In this document: one piece after another, positions 49,319-58,457 of the stretch
How positions within the stretch are numbered: the first letter of the stretch is position 1
How the letters are laid out: every line of letters begins with the position of its first letter
NCBI GenBank assembly: GCA_905182255.1
Contig: CAJJAH010000002.1
Location: 12,069-76,068 of the forward strand
Origin: Cryomorphaceae bacterium BACL11 MAG-121001-bin54
Lineage (GTDB): Bacteria > Bacteroidota > Bacteroidia > Flavobacteriales > BACL11
DNA: 64,000 nt
Reading direction: 5' to 3'
The notes under the pieces: model-generated
What the model saw: the letters and a program-made list of their open reading frames with translations, nothing else
Databases searched by the model: none
Told to the model about the DNA's origin: nothing
Translations under genes and position numbers: made by a program

Positions 49319-49681
49319 TTAATTTTTTAATCTGTTTCCTTCTTTATCAAAGACCTTATTTATTTCAATTTCAGTTTTCCATATACTTAATCCAAGAGAA
49401 ATAATAAGAAAACCATAACTGAGTGGAAGAAAATCTTCACTAGTGTAGTTTAAAATAATGCCTAAAAGTTGAAATATAATTGTAGCTAAAGAAGCTATAA
49501 TCATATACTTTGCACTTTCTTTATTTGCAAATTCCCAGATATCATTATTACACATACTTGTTGTTGTTCTGTACCCGTAAATAGTGCTGATTTCTTTAGG
49601 TTGGTATTTTAAGTAAATAAAACTAAAAAATAACATCAAGGGACCGCATGCGAGCTGTCCTGCAATTAAATCAGATGACAT
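49319..49681 (-). CDS. SdpI-like membrane protein
   Basis: P..I...YGYRT..SM.N...W..AN motif with three TM helices. Confidence 0.75.
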   Translation of the reverse strand: MSSDLIAGQLACGPLMLFFSFIYLKYQPKEISTIYGYRTTTSMCNNDIWEFANKESAKYMIIASLATIIFQLLGIILNYTSEDFLPLSYGFLIISLGLSIWKTEIEINKVFDKEGNRLKN

Positions 49682-50466
49682 TAGTTTTTAAACTTTTTTT
49701 CTAACTTCATTTTTGTTGCAAAATTACGCATTACATTTTTTGTGTACAAAGGGAAATCTGCTTGGTTAATCCATGAAAAATATCCAGGATTATCTTTCCA
49801 TATTTGAGCTAAAGTTACATCACGGTATTTTCCAAAACTTAGTACTTCTTCTCCTTTATCATTAAAACGAACAAAACCTGCCATATCTGCAAACTTTCCT
49901 CCTCTTTGAGAAAATTCTGAAAGAAAGTTAACATCATTTTCTAGTTCATCATATTTATCCAATTGAGCCAATAACACCTCAAATGTTGCTGTTGTATCAG
50001 CTTCAGCTGAATGGGCATTGGTTAAGTCTTTATCACAGTAAAACTTATAGGCAGCAACTAATGTTCTTTGTTCTAGTTTATGGAATATATTTTGAATGTC
50101 TACCGCTTTTCTGTTTTCCATACTAAAATCAATTCCTACTCTTAAAAATTCTTCAGCTAGTAAAGGAATATCAAATTTATTAGAATTGAATCCTGCTAAA
50201 TCACAATTATGAATAAGTTCAAATATTTCTACAGCCAATTGATCAAAAGTAGGTTCGTTTGCTATTTTTTCATTAGTTATTCCGTGTATAGCTGTTGTTA
50301 CTTCAGGAATAGGGATAGTAGGATTTACCAACCAAGTTTTACTTTCTTTATTTCCATTTGGGAAAACTTTTAAGATAGATATCTCTACAATTCTATCTTT
50401 AGCAACTTGAACTCCAGTTGTCTCCAAATCAAAGAATACTATAGGTTTTTCTAGTTTTAAATTCAT
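49681..50466 (-). CDS. DEDDh 3'-5' exonuclease (DNA polymerase III epsilon-like)
   Basis: FFDLETTG, GFNS..FD, AHSAEAD, C-terminal FGKY. Likely start MNLKLEKP at 50466. Confidence 0.9.
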   Translation of the reverse strand: MNLKLEKPIVFFDLETTGVQVAKDRIVEISILKVFPNGNKESKTWLVNPTIPIPEVTTAIHGITNEKIANEPTFDQLAVEIFELIHNCDLAGFNSNKFDIPLLAEEFLRVGIDFSMENRKAVDIQNIFHKLEQRTLVAAYKFYCDKDLTNAHSAEADTTATFEVLLAQLDKYDELENDVNFLSEFSQRGGKFADMAGFVRFNDKGEEVLSFGKYRDVTLAQIWKDNPGYFSWINQADFPLYTKNVMRNFATKMKLEKKFKN

Positions 50467-50477
50467 AATATAAATGT

Positions 50478-50507
50478 AAAAAAGCCTCAAGAAAACTTGA
50501 GGCTTTT
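50478..50507 (-). terminator. Intrinsic terminator after the E2 gene
   Basis: Hairpin aaaagcctcaag-aaaa-cttgaggctttt with a T-run on the minus strand. Confidence 0.85.
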
Positions 50508-50524
50508 GATATTGTTAGTTATAT

Positions 50525-51830
50525 TTAAACAATTGTATTTGTATCGAACTGTTCTAAGTAATCAGCAACTCTTCTCACAAACTGACCTCCTAAAGCTCCA
50601 TCGACAACTCTATGATCATATGACAATGATAAGAACATCATGTGTCTAATTGCAATAACATCTCCTTCAGTAGTTTCTAATACAACTGGTTTCTTTTTGA
50701 TGATACCACAAGCTAAAATAGCTACTTGAGGTTGGTTAATAATAGGAGTCCCCATTAAATTTCCAAAAGTACCCACATTAGTCATGGTGATAGTACCACC
50801 TTGAATATCGTCTGGTTTTAACTTTCCGCTTCTAGCTCTTACAGCTAAATCATTTACTGCTTTAGTAATTCCTACTAAGTTTTTATTTTGCGTTTCTTTA
50901 ATAACAGGAACAATAAGGTTTCCATCAGGTAGGGCAGCTGCCATACCGATATTTACATTTTTATGAATATGAATGTTTGTTCCATCTACTGAAACATTAA
51001 TCATTGGGAAATCCTTAACCGCTCTTGCCATTGCTTCAATTATAATAGGAGTAAAGGTGATGTTTTGTCCTTCTCTCTTTTTAAAATCAGATTTTACTGA
51101 ATTTCTCCAGTTTACAATGTTTGTCATATCTGCTTCAACAAAAGAAGTTATATGTGCTGAAGTTTGTTTTGACATAGTCATGTGAGCAGAAATTAACTTT
51201 CTCATTCTGTCCATTTCAACAATCTCAGTACCACCCGTATTAGGAATATTTACTGGAGTTGGTGTTGGTGCAGTAGGCGTAGTTTTTTTAGCTTCTACTT
51301 TAGCAGGAGTTATTGTTGGAGCTGCTGTTCCTCTAGTTTTTAAATAAGTAATCATATCTGATTTTGTAACTCTACCATCTTTACCATTTCCAGGAATAGT
51401 TTCTAATTCAACCATTTCAATTCCCTCTTCAGAAGCCATACTTCTTACTAATGGAGAGTAGAATCTATCTCCTTCATTAGTTATAGTTAGTTGGATTATT
51501 TTGGCGCTAATTATAGTTGCTGCCTTCTCAACTACTGCAGTTGCAGTAGGTGTTGCAGTTTCTACTGATACAGGAGTACTCATCTCCACCTTCAGTTTCT
51601 AATATAGCAAATGGTTCACCAACTTGTACAACATCATCCGCTTCAAATAATTTTTCTACTAATTTTCCTTCATGAGTAGATGGTACTTCAGAATCTACTT
51701 TATCAGTAGCTATCTCAACAATAGTTTCGTCTAACTCTATCATTTCACCAACCTCCTTAGCCCATGTAATTATAGTTGCTTCCGAAACACTTTCTCCCAT
51801 TTTGGGCATAATCAATTCTACTCTAGCCAT
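50525..51830 (-). CDS. 2-oxoacid dehydrogenase E2 (dihydrolipoamide acyltransferase), one frameshift near 51582
   Basis: Lipoyl domain (MPKMGES...ATDKVDSEVP) in one frame; E3-binding domain (YSPLVR..A..GI; G.G.DGRVTK.D) and catalytic core (SYDHRVVDG) in another. Confidence 0.9.
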
Positions 51831-51877
51831 AGTCTTATTTATTTTTGGCAAAATTAAGAAAAGTAAATAAATTGCAA

Positions 51878-52495
51878 CTATTTTGCTAAAGAGTTTTCAT
51901 AAGGCATTCTACTAGATAGAGCAGTGCCTAAAGTAAGTTCATCTGTATATTCTAATTCATCACCAATAGCAATTCCTCTTGCAATTGATGATATTCTAAC
52001 TCCACTATCTTTCAAACGCCTAAAAAGATAATAATTGGTAGTATCTCCTTCCATTGTGGTGCTTAGTGCAAATATTACTTCATTAATATTTCCATTCTCT
52101 ACCTTTTTTATTAATTCCTCAATACGTAAATCGTTAGGACCAATGCCATCCATTGGTGAAATAAGCCCTCCTAAAACATGATAGATTCCTTTGAATTGCA
52201 TAGTACTTTCTATAGCCATCATTACTCTAACATCTTCAACAACACATACAGTTTTTTGCTCTCTTTTTTTATCAGCACAAACTTCACATAAATGGCTGTC
52301 AGCAATGCTATAACAAGATGAGCAATATCTTATTTTTTGGATTAGTTGAATAAAAGAATCTCCAAATTGTTCTACTGATTTTTCTTCTTGTTTTAAAAGA
52401 TGTAAAACAAGACGTAAGGCTGAACGCTTTCCAATACCCGGAAGACGCGAAAGCTGTTCAACTGCATTTTCTACTAGTTTGGATGGAAAATTCAT
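51878..52495 (-). CDS. recR: Recombination mediator RecR
   Basis: LPGIGKRSA.R, C4 zinc finger, YHVLGG.ISPMDGIGP, EGDTT, IARG. Likely start MNFPSKL. Confidence 0.97.
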   Translation of the reverse strand: MNFPSKLVENAVEQLSRLPGIGKRSALRLVLHLLKQEEKSVEQFGDSFIQLIQKIRYCSSCYSIADSHLCEVCADKKREQKTVCVVEDVRVMMAIESTMQFKGIYHVLGGLISPMDGIGPNDLRIEELIKKVENGNINEVIFALSTTMEGDTTNYYLFRRLKDSGVRISSIARGIAIGDELEYTDELTLGTALSSRMPYENSLAK

Positions 52496-52552
52496 AGTTG
52501 CAAAGTTAACATTATTCAATAATACTTATAGATTTGTAAAAAACAAATTTTT

Positions 52553-53965
52553 ATGTCATCAACATTAATTGTAATTGTAATAATTATCTATTTTTTAGTA
52601 TTAGTAGGAATTTCTTTTATCACAGGAAAATCAGATAGTAATGCATCTTTTTTTAGTGGTGACAAACAATCTCCATGGTATATAGTTGCTTTTGGAATGA
52701 TAGGTGCATCATTATCAGGTGTAACATTTATATCTGTTCCAGGATGGGTAGCTGTTAGTGAGTTTTCATATATGCAAATGGTATTTGGTTATCTTTTAGG
52801 ATACTTGGTAATTGCTACTGTACTTATGCCAATGTATTATCGAATGAATTTAACATCTATATATGGATATTTAGAAAGTAGGTTTGGAAATTCATCTTAT
52901 AAAACTGGGGCAATTTTTTTTATAATTAGTAGAGTAATAGGTGCATCTTTTAGACTATATTTGGTAGCCAACGTTCTTCAAATGGCAATTTTTGATTCTT
53001 GGGGTGTTCCTTTTGAAATGACTGTAGTTGTTACCATTTTACTTATATGGGTTTACACTTTTAGGAGTGGAATTAAAACTATTATCTGGACAGATACATT
53101 ACAAACATTATTTATGTTAGTTGCAGTTGGTTTAAGTGTATACTTGATATCAGTTGATATGAATTTGAACTTTACATCTTTACTAAGTACAATTAGAGGA
53201 AGTGATTATTCACAAATATTTTTTTGGGATGGGAAACAGCACTTTATAAGACAGTTTCTTTCAGGTGCATTTATGGCAATTGTAATGACAGGCCTAGATC
53301 AAGATATGATGCAAAAGAATTTAAGTTGCAAAAGCTTAGCTGATGCAAAAAAAAATATGTTTTGGTTTAGTATTGTCTTGGTATTTGTGAATTTATTATT
53401 TTTATCTTTAGGAGCATTGCTTTACATGTATGCGGAAACTCATGGAATATCATTTAATAAGGCAGACGATTTGTTTCCTGCAGTAGCACTAAATGGTGGG
53501 CTTGGTATTGGAGTAGGGGTGTTGTTCATTTTGGGACTAATTGCTGCGGCATACTCTAGTGCAGATTCAGCACTAACATCATTAACTACTTCTTTTTGTA
53601 TAGATTTATTAGGTTTTAATATAGATTCAGGTTTAAAAGAAATTAAACAAAGAAAATTAGTTCATTTAGGATTTTCAATATTATTAGTATTAGTAATTTT
53701 AGTATTCAAATCAATTAATGATGAAAGTGTAATTTCTTCATTATTTAAAGTAGCAGGTTACACATACGGTCCATTATTAGGAATGTATGCTTTTGGATTG
53801 TTTACTAAGCTAAGTGTAAAAGATAATTGGGTGCCCTTAGTAGCTATTTTATCTCCTGTAGCTTGCTATTTAATTCAGATATATATTCCTTTTGGTTTTG
53901 AATTATTAATATTAAATGGTCTAATTACCTTTGTGGGATTATATTTTCTTAGAATCTCTAAGTAA
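52553..53965 (+). CDS. Sodium:solute symporter family transporter
   Basis: GMIGASLSGVTFISVPG, G.K.IIWTD.LQ, GLDQDMMQK, AAAYSSADS. Confidence 0.92.
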   Translation: MSSTLIVIVIIIYFLVLVGISFITGKSDSNASFFSGDKQSPWYIVAFGMIGASLSGVTFISVPGWVAVSEFSYMQMVFGYLLGYLVIATVLMPMYYRMNLTSIYGYLESRFGNSSYKTGAIFFIISRVIGASFRLYLVANVLQMAIFDSWGVPFEMTVVVTILLIWVYTFRSGIKTIIWTDTLQTLFMLVAVGLSVYLISVDMNLNFTSLLSTIRGSDYSQIFFWDGKQHFIRQFLSGAFMAIVMTGLDQDMMQKNLSCKSLADAKKNMFWFSIVLVFVNLLFLSLGALLYMYAETHGISFNKADDLFPAVALNGGLGIGVGVLFILGLIAAAYSSADSALTSLTTSFCIDLLGFNIDSGLKEIKQRKLVHLGFSILLVLVILVFKSINDESVISSLFKVAGYTYGPLLGMYAFGLFTKLSVKDNWVPLVAILSPVACYLIQIYIPFGFELLILNGLITFVGLYFLRISK

Positions 53966-55097
53966 ATACATACTTGAAATTATACCAATAAATACTAGGC
54001 AAGCTGATATAATTTCAGCTTGTGTAATACCTCCTAAAATATTGTATTCTGTATTGACTCTTATTTTTTCAATTAAAAAACGCTCAATACCATTTAGAAT
54101 CCAAGATAAATACAAAATAGTAATCCCGGGACTCTGTTATAGTTTTACGAATAGCCCACATAAAAATAAAAATTAAGTAGAGCACATAATTACTTCATAA
54201 AAGGCAGTTGGCCAAACAGGATTAGATAATTCACTGCAAAAATTACCAACACAACCTTTAATAAGCACATCCTGAATTAATAACATTATTTGGAAATGTA
54301 TAACTCCACATCCAGTCAGGTAGAATTGTTAGCCATCCTCTGGCTTGGGGGATAAGTTATCAACTCCCCAATCACCATCTCCTGACATTTGACAGCCAAT
54401 ACGACCAATCCCATATGCTAGAATTAATGCTGGAGCAGCAGCATCAATCAATTGTAATGTATTTATTTTATATTTTTTAGTATACCAAATTACAGAAAAT
54501 GCACCTGCAATTAGATCCACCATAAAAAGTAAGTCCACTAAAAGATATAAGCTGACTAATAGGATCAGCTAAAAATGCATCAAAGTTTTCTAAATTATGA
54601 AAAAATTTAGCTCCTATAATTCCTGAAATAGCAGCAATCATTGTTATATTTCCCACTAGTTCATGAGGGTGAACAGTTTTTTTAATTTCCTTTGGTGTAA
54701 CTAATCTTGTTTTTTTATTTTCATTCCATTTAAAATAAACAGATAAAATTGAAATAAAGATACCACCAATAAGACTACCTCGTGTTGAAAGGATGAATTC
54801 TTGAGGATTAGCAACTAAATCTGTATAGTGAAAGACAGCCTCAATTAATTTAAAACCAATCAAGAAACCTGAAAAAAGGCTGCTTAATAATTCATAAGTA
54901 CTTAATGATTTACCAATCGTTATCTTTACAATGCTTGAATTAAGAAAACCTTCCTCTTCTTTTCTTTTTAATTCTTTAGTAATTACATATGAGGCTGCTA
55001 AGAAAGCAATAGCAACCCAGAATCCAAAGGTTTGAATAGGAAGAGGAATATTAATTCCAAATAGATCAAAAAGTAAATGGCTTATTGTTGGATACAT
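53939..55097 (-). CDS. lgt: Prolipoprotein diacylglyceryl transferase family protein, interrupted by about six frameshifts
   Basis: Manual translation across frames gives MYP...GLTFYGG/LIAG...GRIGCQMSGDGDWG...P/WL..LPDWMWSYTFPNNV...PTAFYE...PGLLFCIYL/ILNGIERFLIEKIRVN...TQAEIIS, with the stop at 53939. Confidence 0.85.
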
Positions 55098-55112
55098 ATA
55101 ATTATAGTTTAT

Positions 55113-56412
55113 TTATGCAATTTCTGCTTTCATTATTCCATCATCATCTATTGCAATTAATTTAACTTGCTTTTTTGCTCTGCAATAATTATCATTAAAT
55201 GGAGTTTTTATTTTAATGTAGTTATCTGTAAATCCAAATAAATATCCCATGCTTATCTTCTTGTTCAAAGAGAGCTGTATGTTCTGTATCAAGATATTTT
55301 TCATAAAATGCTCGTTGCAATTTATTTGAAAGAATTCTTAATTGTTTACTTCTATCTGCCCTATCTGTTTTTGAAACTACTCCATCCATATTTATTGCTG
55401 TAGTGTTTTCTCTTTCAGAATAAGTAAATACATGCAAATATGATAGTGGTAAATCTTTGATAAAATGAAGTGTTTTCTGAAATTCTTCATTAGTTTCTCC
55501 TGGAAAACCAACAATTACATCAGCTCCTATACAGACATCTTTTACCTCACTAACAATTTTTTCAATCTTAGATCTATACAATTTTGTTTGATACCGTCTT
55601 TTCATCTTTCCTAATACTAAATCAGATCCTGATTGCATTGGTATATGAAAATGAGGCATAAACTTTTTAGAATTTCTTACTAATTTTATTACTTCATCAC
55701 TAATTAAATTTGGTTCAATAGATGAAATTCTATAACGTTCAATTCTTTCAACTTTATCTAACTCTTTTACTAAATCAGAAAAATTTCTATTGTCATTCTT
55801 ATCTTTAAACTCGCCAATATTAACTCCAGTAATAACAATTTCTTTTATCCCTTTATCTGCAATGTCATTTGAATTTTTTATAATGTTTTCTATGCTATCA
55901 CATCTACTTTTACCTCTAGCTAGAGGTATGGTGCAGTAAGTACATGGGTAGTCACAACCATCTTGTATCTTCATGAATGAACGTGTACGATCAGTAAGTG
56001 AATAGGATGAAAAATAGTCTAATTTATTGATTTCACATCCATGAACTTGAGTAGTTTCAACAGTATTTAAATCAGTAAGTAACTGTGGTAAATTAAATTT
56101 TTCGTTAGCACCAACTACCATATCAACTCCTTTAATATCACTTATTTCTTTTGGCTTTAATTGAGCAAAACAGCCTGTTACTACTATAAACGATTCTGGT
56201 GAATTCTTTTTTGCTTTCCTAATTATTCTTCTACACTCTCTATTTGCATTCTCAGTAACAGAGCAGGTATTAATTATATATAAATCTGCTTTATTATCAA
56301 AATCAGTTTTAATAAAACCAATATCAGCTAATTGTCTTCCAATAGTCGAAGTTTCTGAAAAGTTAAGCTTACAGCCCAAAGTATAGAAGGCAACTTTCTT
56401 ATTATTAAACAT
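55113..56412 (-). CDS. mtaB: tRNA threonylcarbamoyladenosine methylthiotransferase, one frameshift near 55245
   Basis: TLGCKLN, INTCSVT, KIQDGCDYPCTYC, ISSIEP; the G.TDNYI C-terminus continues in the 55113..55304 frame. Confidence 0.92.
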
Positions 56413-56515
56413 TATGCAAAAGTAGAAAATCAAAAGGGGATATAGAAATTGTAACTTAATATTTTTTCATCCGTTAATCTAAGTAGTTTAATAACGCTAA
56501 TTAACATTTTAATTT

Positions 56516-56770
56516 ATGACATTCATTATAATTAGTTTTCTATCAAAATATAGATTAAATTTATTTAAAAATAAATTTATAAACCTTTTCTTAATCCTTG
56601 TAGCCATGCTCATTTCCGTTAGTGCATACCCTCAATCAATTACTGACTTTACGACATTTTCAGTTAATACAAGCTATGGATCATTAATACTTAATTTTCA
56701 TTATTAATCACTATGAATTTTAAATACATGGCTCTTGGATTTTGGAAACGTTAATCTTTATAACTTATAA
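56516..56770 (+). pseudogene. Decayed N-terminal relic of a secreted PKD-domain protein
   Basis: In-frame reading ...LILVAMLISVSAYPQSITDFTT..NTSYGSLILNFHY*SL*ILNTWLLDFGNVN..NL* matches a signal peptide plus the PKD pattern F.DLS.G....W.WDFG.G, with stops at consensus L, G and Q positions. Confidence 0.6.
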
Positions 56771-56832
56771 TGAATAAATTAAGCTTAAGAGCTAATATTA
56801 AATCCTTAAATTAGCCAACTTAAAACTTAATT

Positions 56833-58407
56833 ATGAAGTTGAAAGTCTGCTTTTTTATTTTCACATTTTTTTTAACTGCTTGCTCAAAAAATTACGATAA
56901 TAATGCATTATCTATTTTTAAGTATAATGAATCAGCAGGAATATCAACTCTAGATCCTATCTTTGCTAGAGACCAAGCTACAATTTGGGTAACTAATCAG
57001 TTGTTTAATGGTTTAGTTCAACTTGATAATGATTTAAATGTTAAAGCTTCAATTGCAAAAAACTGGCACGTTTCAGATAATGCTTTAATGTATACTTTCT
57101 TTATGAGAGATGATGTCTTTTTTCATGAAGATAAATTATTTAATAATGGTATGTGTAGAAAAGTGATTGCTCAAGATTTTGAGTATTCATTCAATAGATT
57201 GCTAGACAAAAATTTAGCTGCTCCTGGTGCTTGGGTATTGTCAAATGTAAGAAGTTTTAAGGCCGAAAATGATTCTACATTTATAGTTAATTTAAAAAAA
57301 CCCTTTCCTGCATTTTTATCATTATTAAGTATGCAGTACTGCTCAGTCGTTCCAAGAGAAATTGTAGAGGCAAGAGATTTTAACAGATATCCTGTTGGAA
57401 CAGGACCCTTTCAATTCCAATTATGGAAAGATGGTGTTAAATTAGTACTTAGAAAAAACCATAACTATTTTGAAAAGGAAAAAGGAAAACCATTGCCTTT
57501 TTTGGATGCAATAGCCATAACATTCATAAAAGATAAGCAATCAGCTTTTTTACAATTTATTCAAGGAAAGTTGGATTTTATTTCAGGAATTGATGCAAGT
57601 TACAAAGATGAAATTTTGACTAATAAAGGAGAGTTGCAAGAAAAATATAAGGATAAAATAATCTTACAATCTGAGCCTTTTTTAAATACAGAATACCTAG
57701 GTTTTTTAATGGAAACACCTTTACCTTTAAAGATTAGGCAGGCAATTAATTATGGTTTTGACAGAGTGAAAATGCTTAAATATCTAAGAAATAATATAGG
57801 CACACCAGCTAATCAGGGATTTATTCCTTTGGGATTGCCTTCTTTTTCTAAAAAATTAAATGGTTACAGCTATAATCTAAAAAGGGCAAGGCAGTTAGTT
57901 ATAGAAGCTAAAAGTGAGAATGCTTTTGATACTGATAAAGAAATTATATTATCTACCACATCTTCTTACTTAGACTTGTGTGAGTATATTCAAAATCAAT
58001 TACAAGATATCGGCTTAAAAGTTAGAGTAGAAGTAAGCCCTGCATCTACACATAGGCAAATGGTTGCAACATCTAAGCTTAATTTCTTTAGAGGAAGTTG
58101 GATAGCTGACTATCCTGATGCAGAAAACTATCTTTCTCTTTTTTATAGCAAGAACTTTTGTCCAAATGGACCAAATTACACGCACTTTAAGAATGAAGGA
58201 TTTGATCTTTTATATGAAAAATCTTTATCGGAAAATAATATATTGACTAGATATTCATATTATCAACAAATGGACGAAATAATTATTAAAAATGCAGTTA
58301 TAGTTCCATTGTACTATGATAGGGTTTTACGTTTTACAAATAAAAATATTTCAGGTTTTGAAAGTAATGCAATGAATTTACTTGATTTAAAAAGAGTTAG
58401 TAAGTAA
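56833..58407 (+). CDS. ABC transporter substrate-binding lipoprotein (family 5)
   Basis: Lipobox LTAC; TLDP..A; LFNGLV; VGTGPF; WIADYPDAENYL.LFYS. Confidence 0.9.
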   Translation: MKLKVCFFIFTFFLTACSKNYDNNALSIFKYNESAGISTLDPIFARDQATIWVTNQLFNGLVQLDNDLNVKASIAKNWHVSDNALMYTFFMRDDVFFHEDKLFNNGMCRKVIAQDFEYSFNRLLDKNLAAPGAWVLSNVRSFKAENDSTFIVNLKKPFPAFLSLLSMQYCSVVPREIVEARDFNRYPVGTGPFQFQLWKDGVKLVLRKNHNYFEKEKGKPLPFLDAIAITFIKDKQSAFLQFIQGKLDFISGIDASYKDEILTNKGELQEKYKDKIILQSEPFLNTEYLGFLMETPLPLKIRQAINYGFDRVKMLKYLRNNIGTPANQGFIPLGLPSFSKKLNGYSYNLKRARQLVIEAKSENAFDTDKEIILSTTSSYLDLCEYIQNQLQDIGLKVRVEVSPASTHRQMVATSKLNFFRGSWIADYPDAENYLSLFYSKNFCPNGPNYTHFKNEGFDLLYEKSLSENNILTRYSYYQQMDEIIIKNAVIVPLYYDRVLRFTNKNISGFESNAMNLLDLKRVSK

Positions 58408-58457
58408 TCTATAAATATTAATACTATTACTATTTTTGCAAAAATTCAATTTACACT

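Noticed and set aside
53931-54176. 81-aa plus-strand ORF
   Set aside because: It is antisense to the frameshifted 3' part of the lgt-like gene, which explains the region.
54329-55304. ORFs 54329..54538 and 55113..55304 as independent genes or programmed frameshifts
   Set aside because: They are out-of-frame continuations of the lgt-like gene and mtaB. Six shifts in one gene and the absence of slippery sites argue against recoding.
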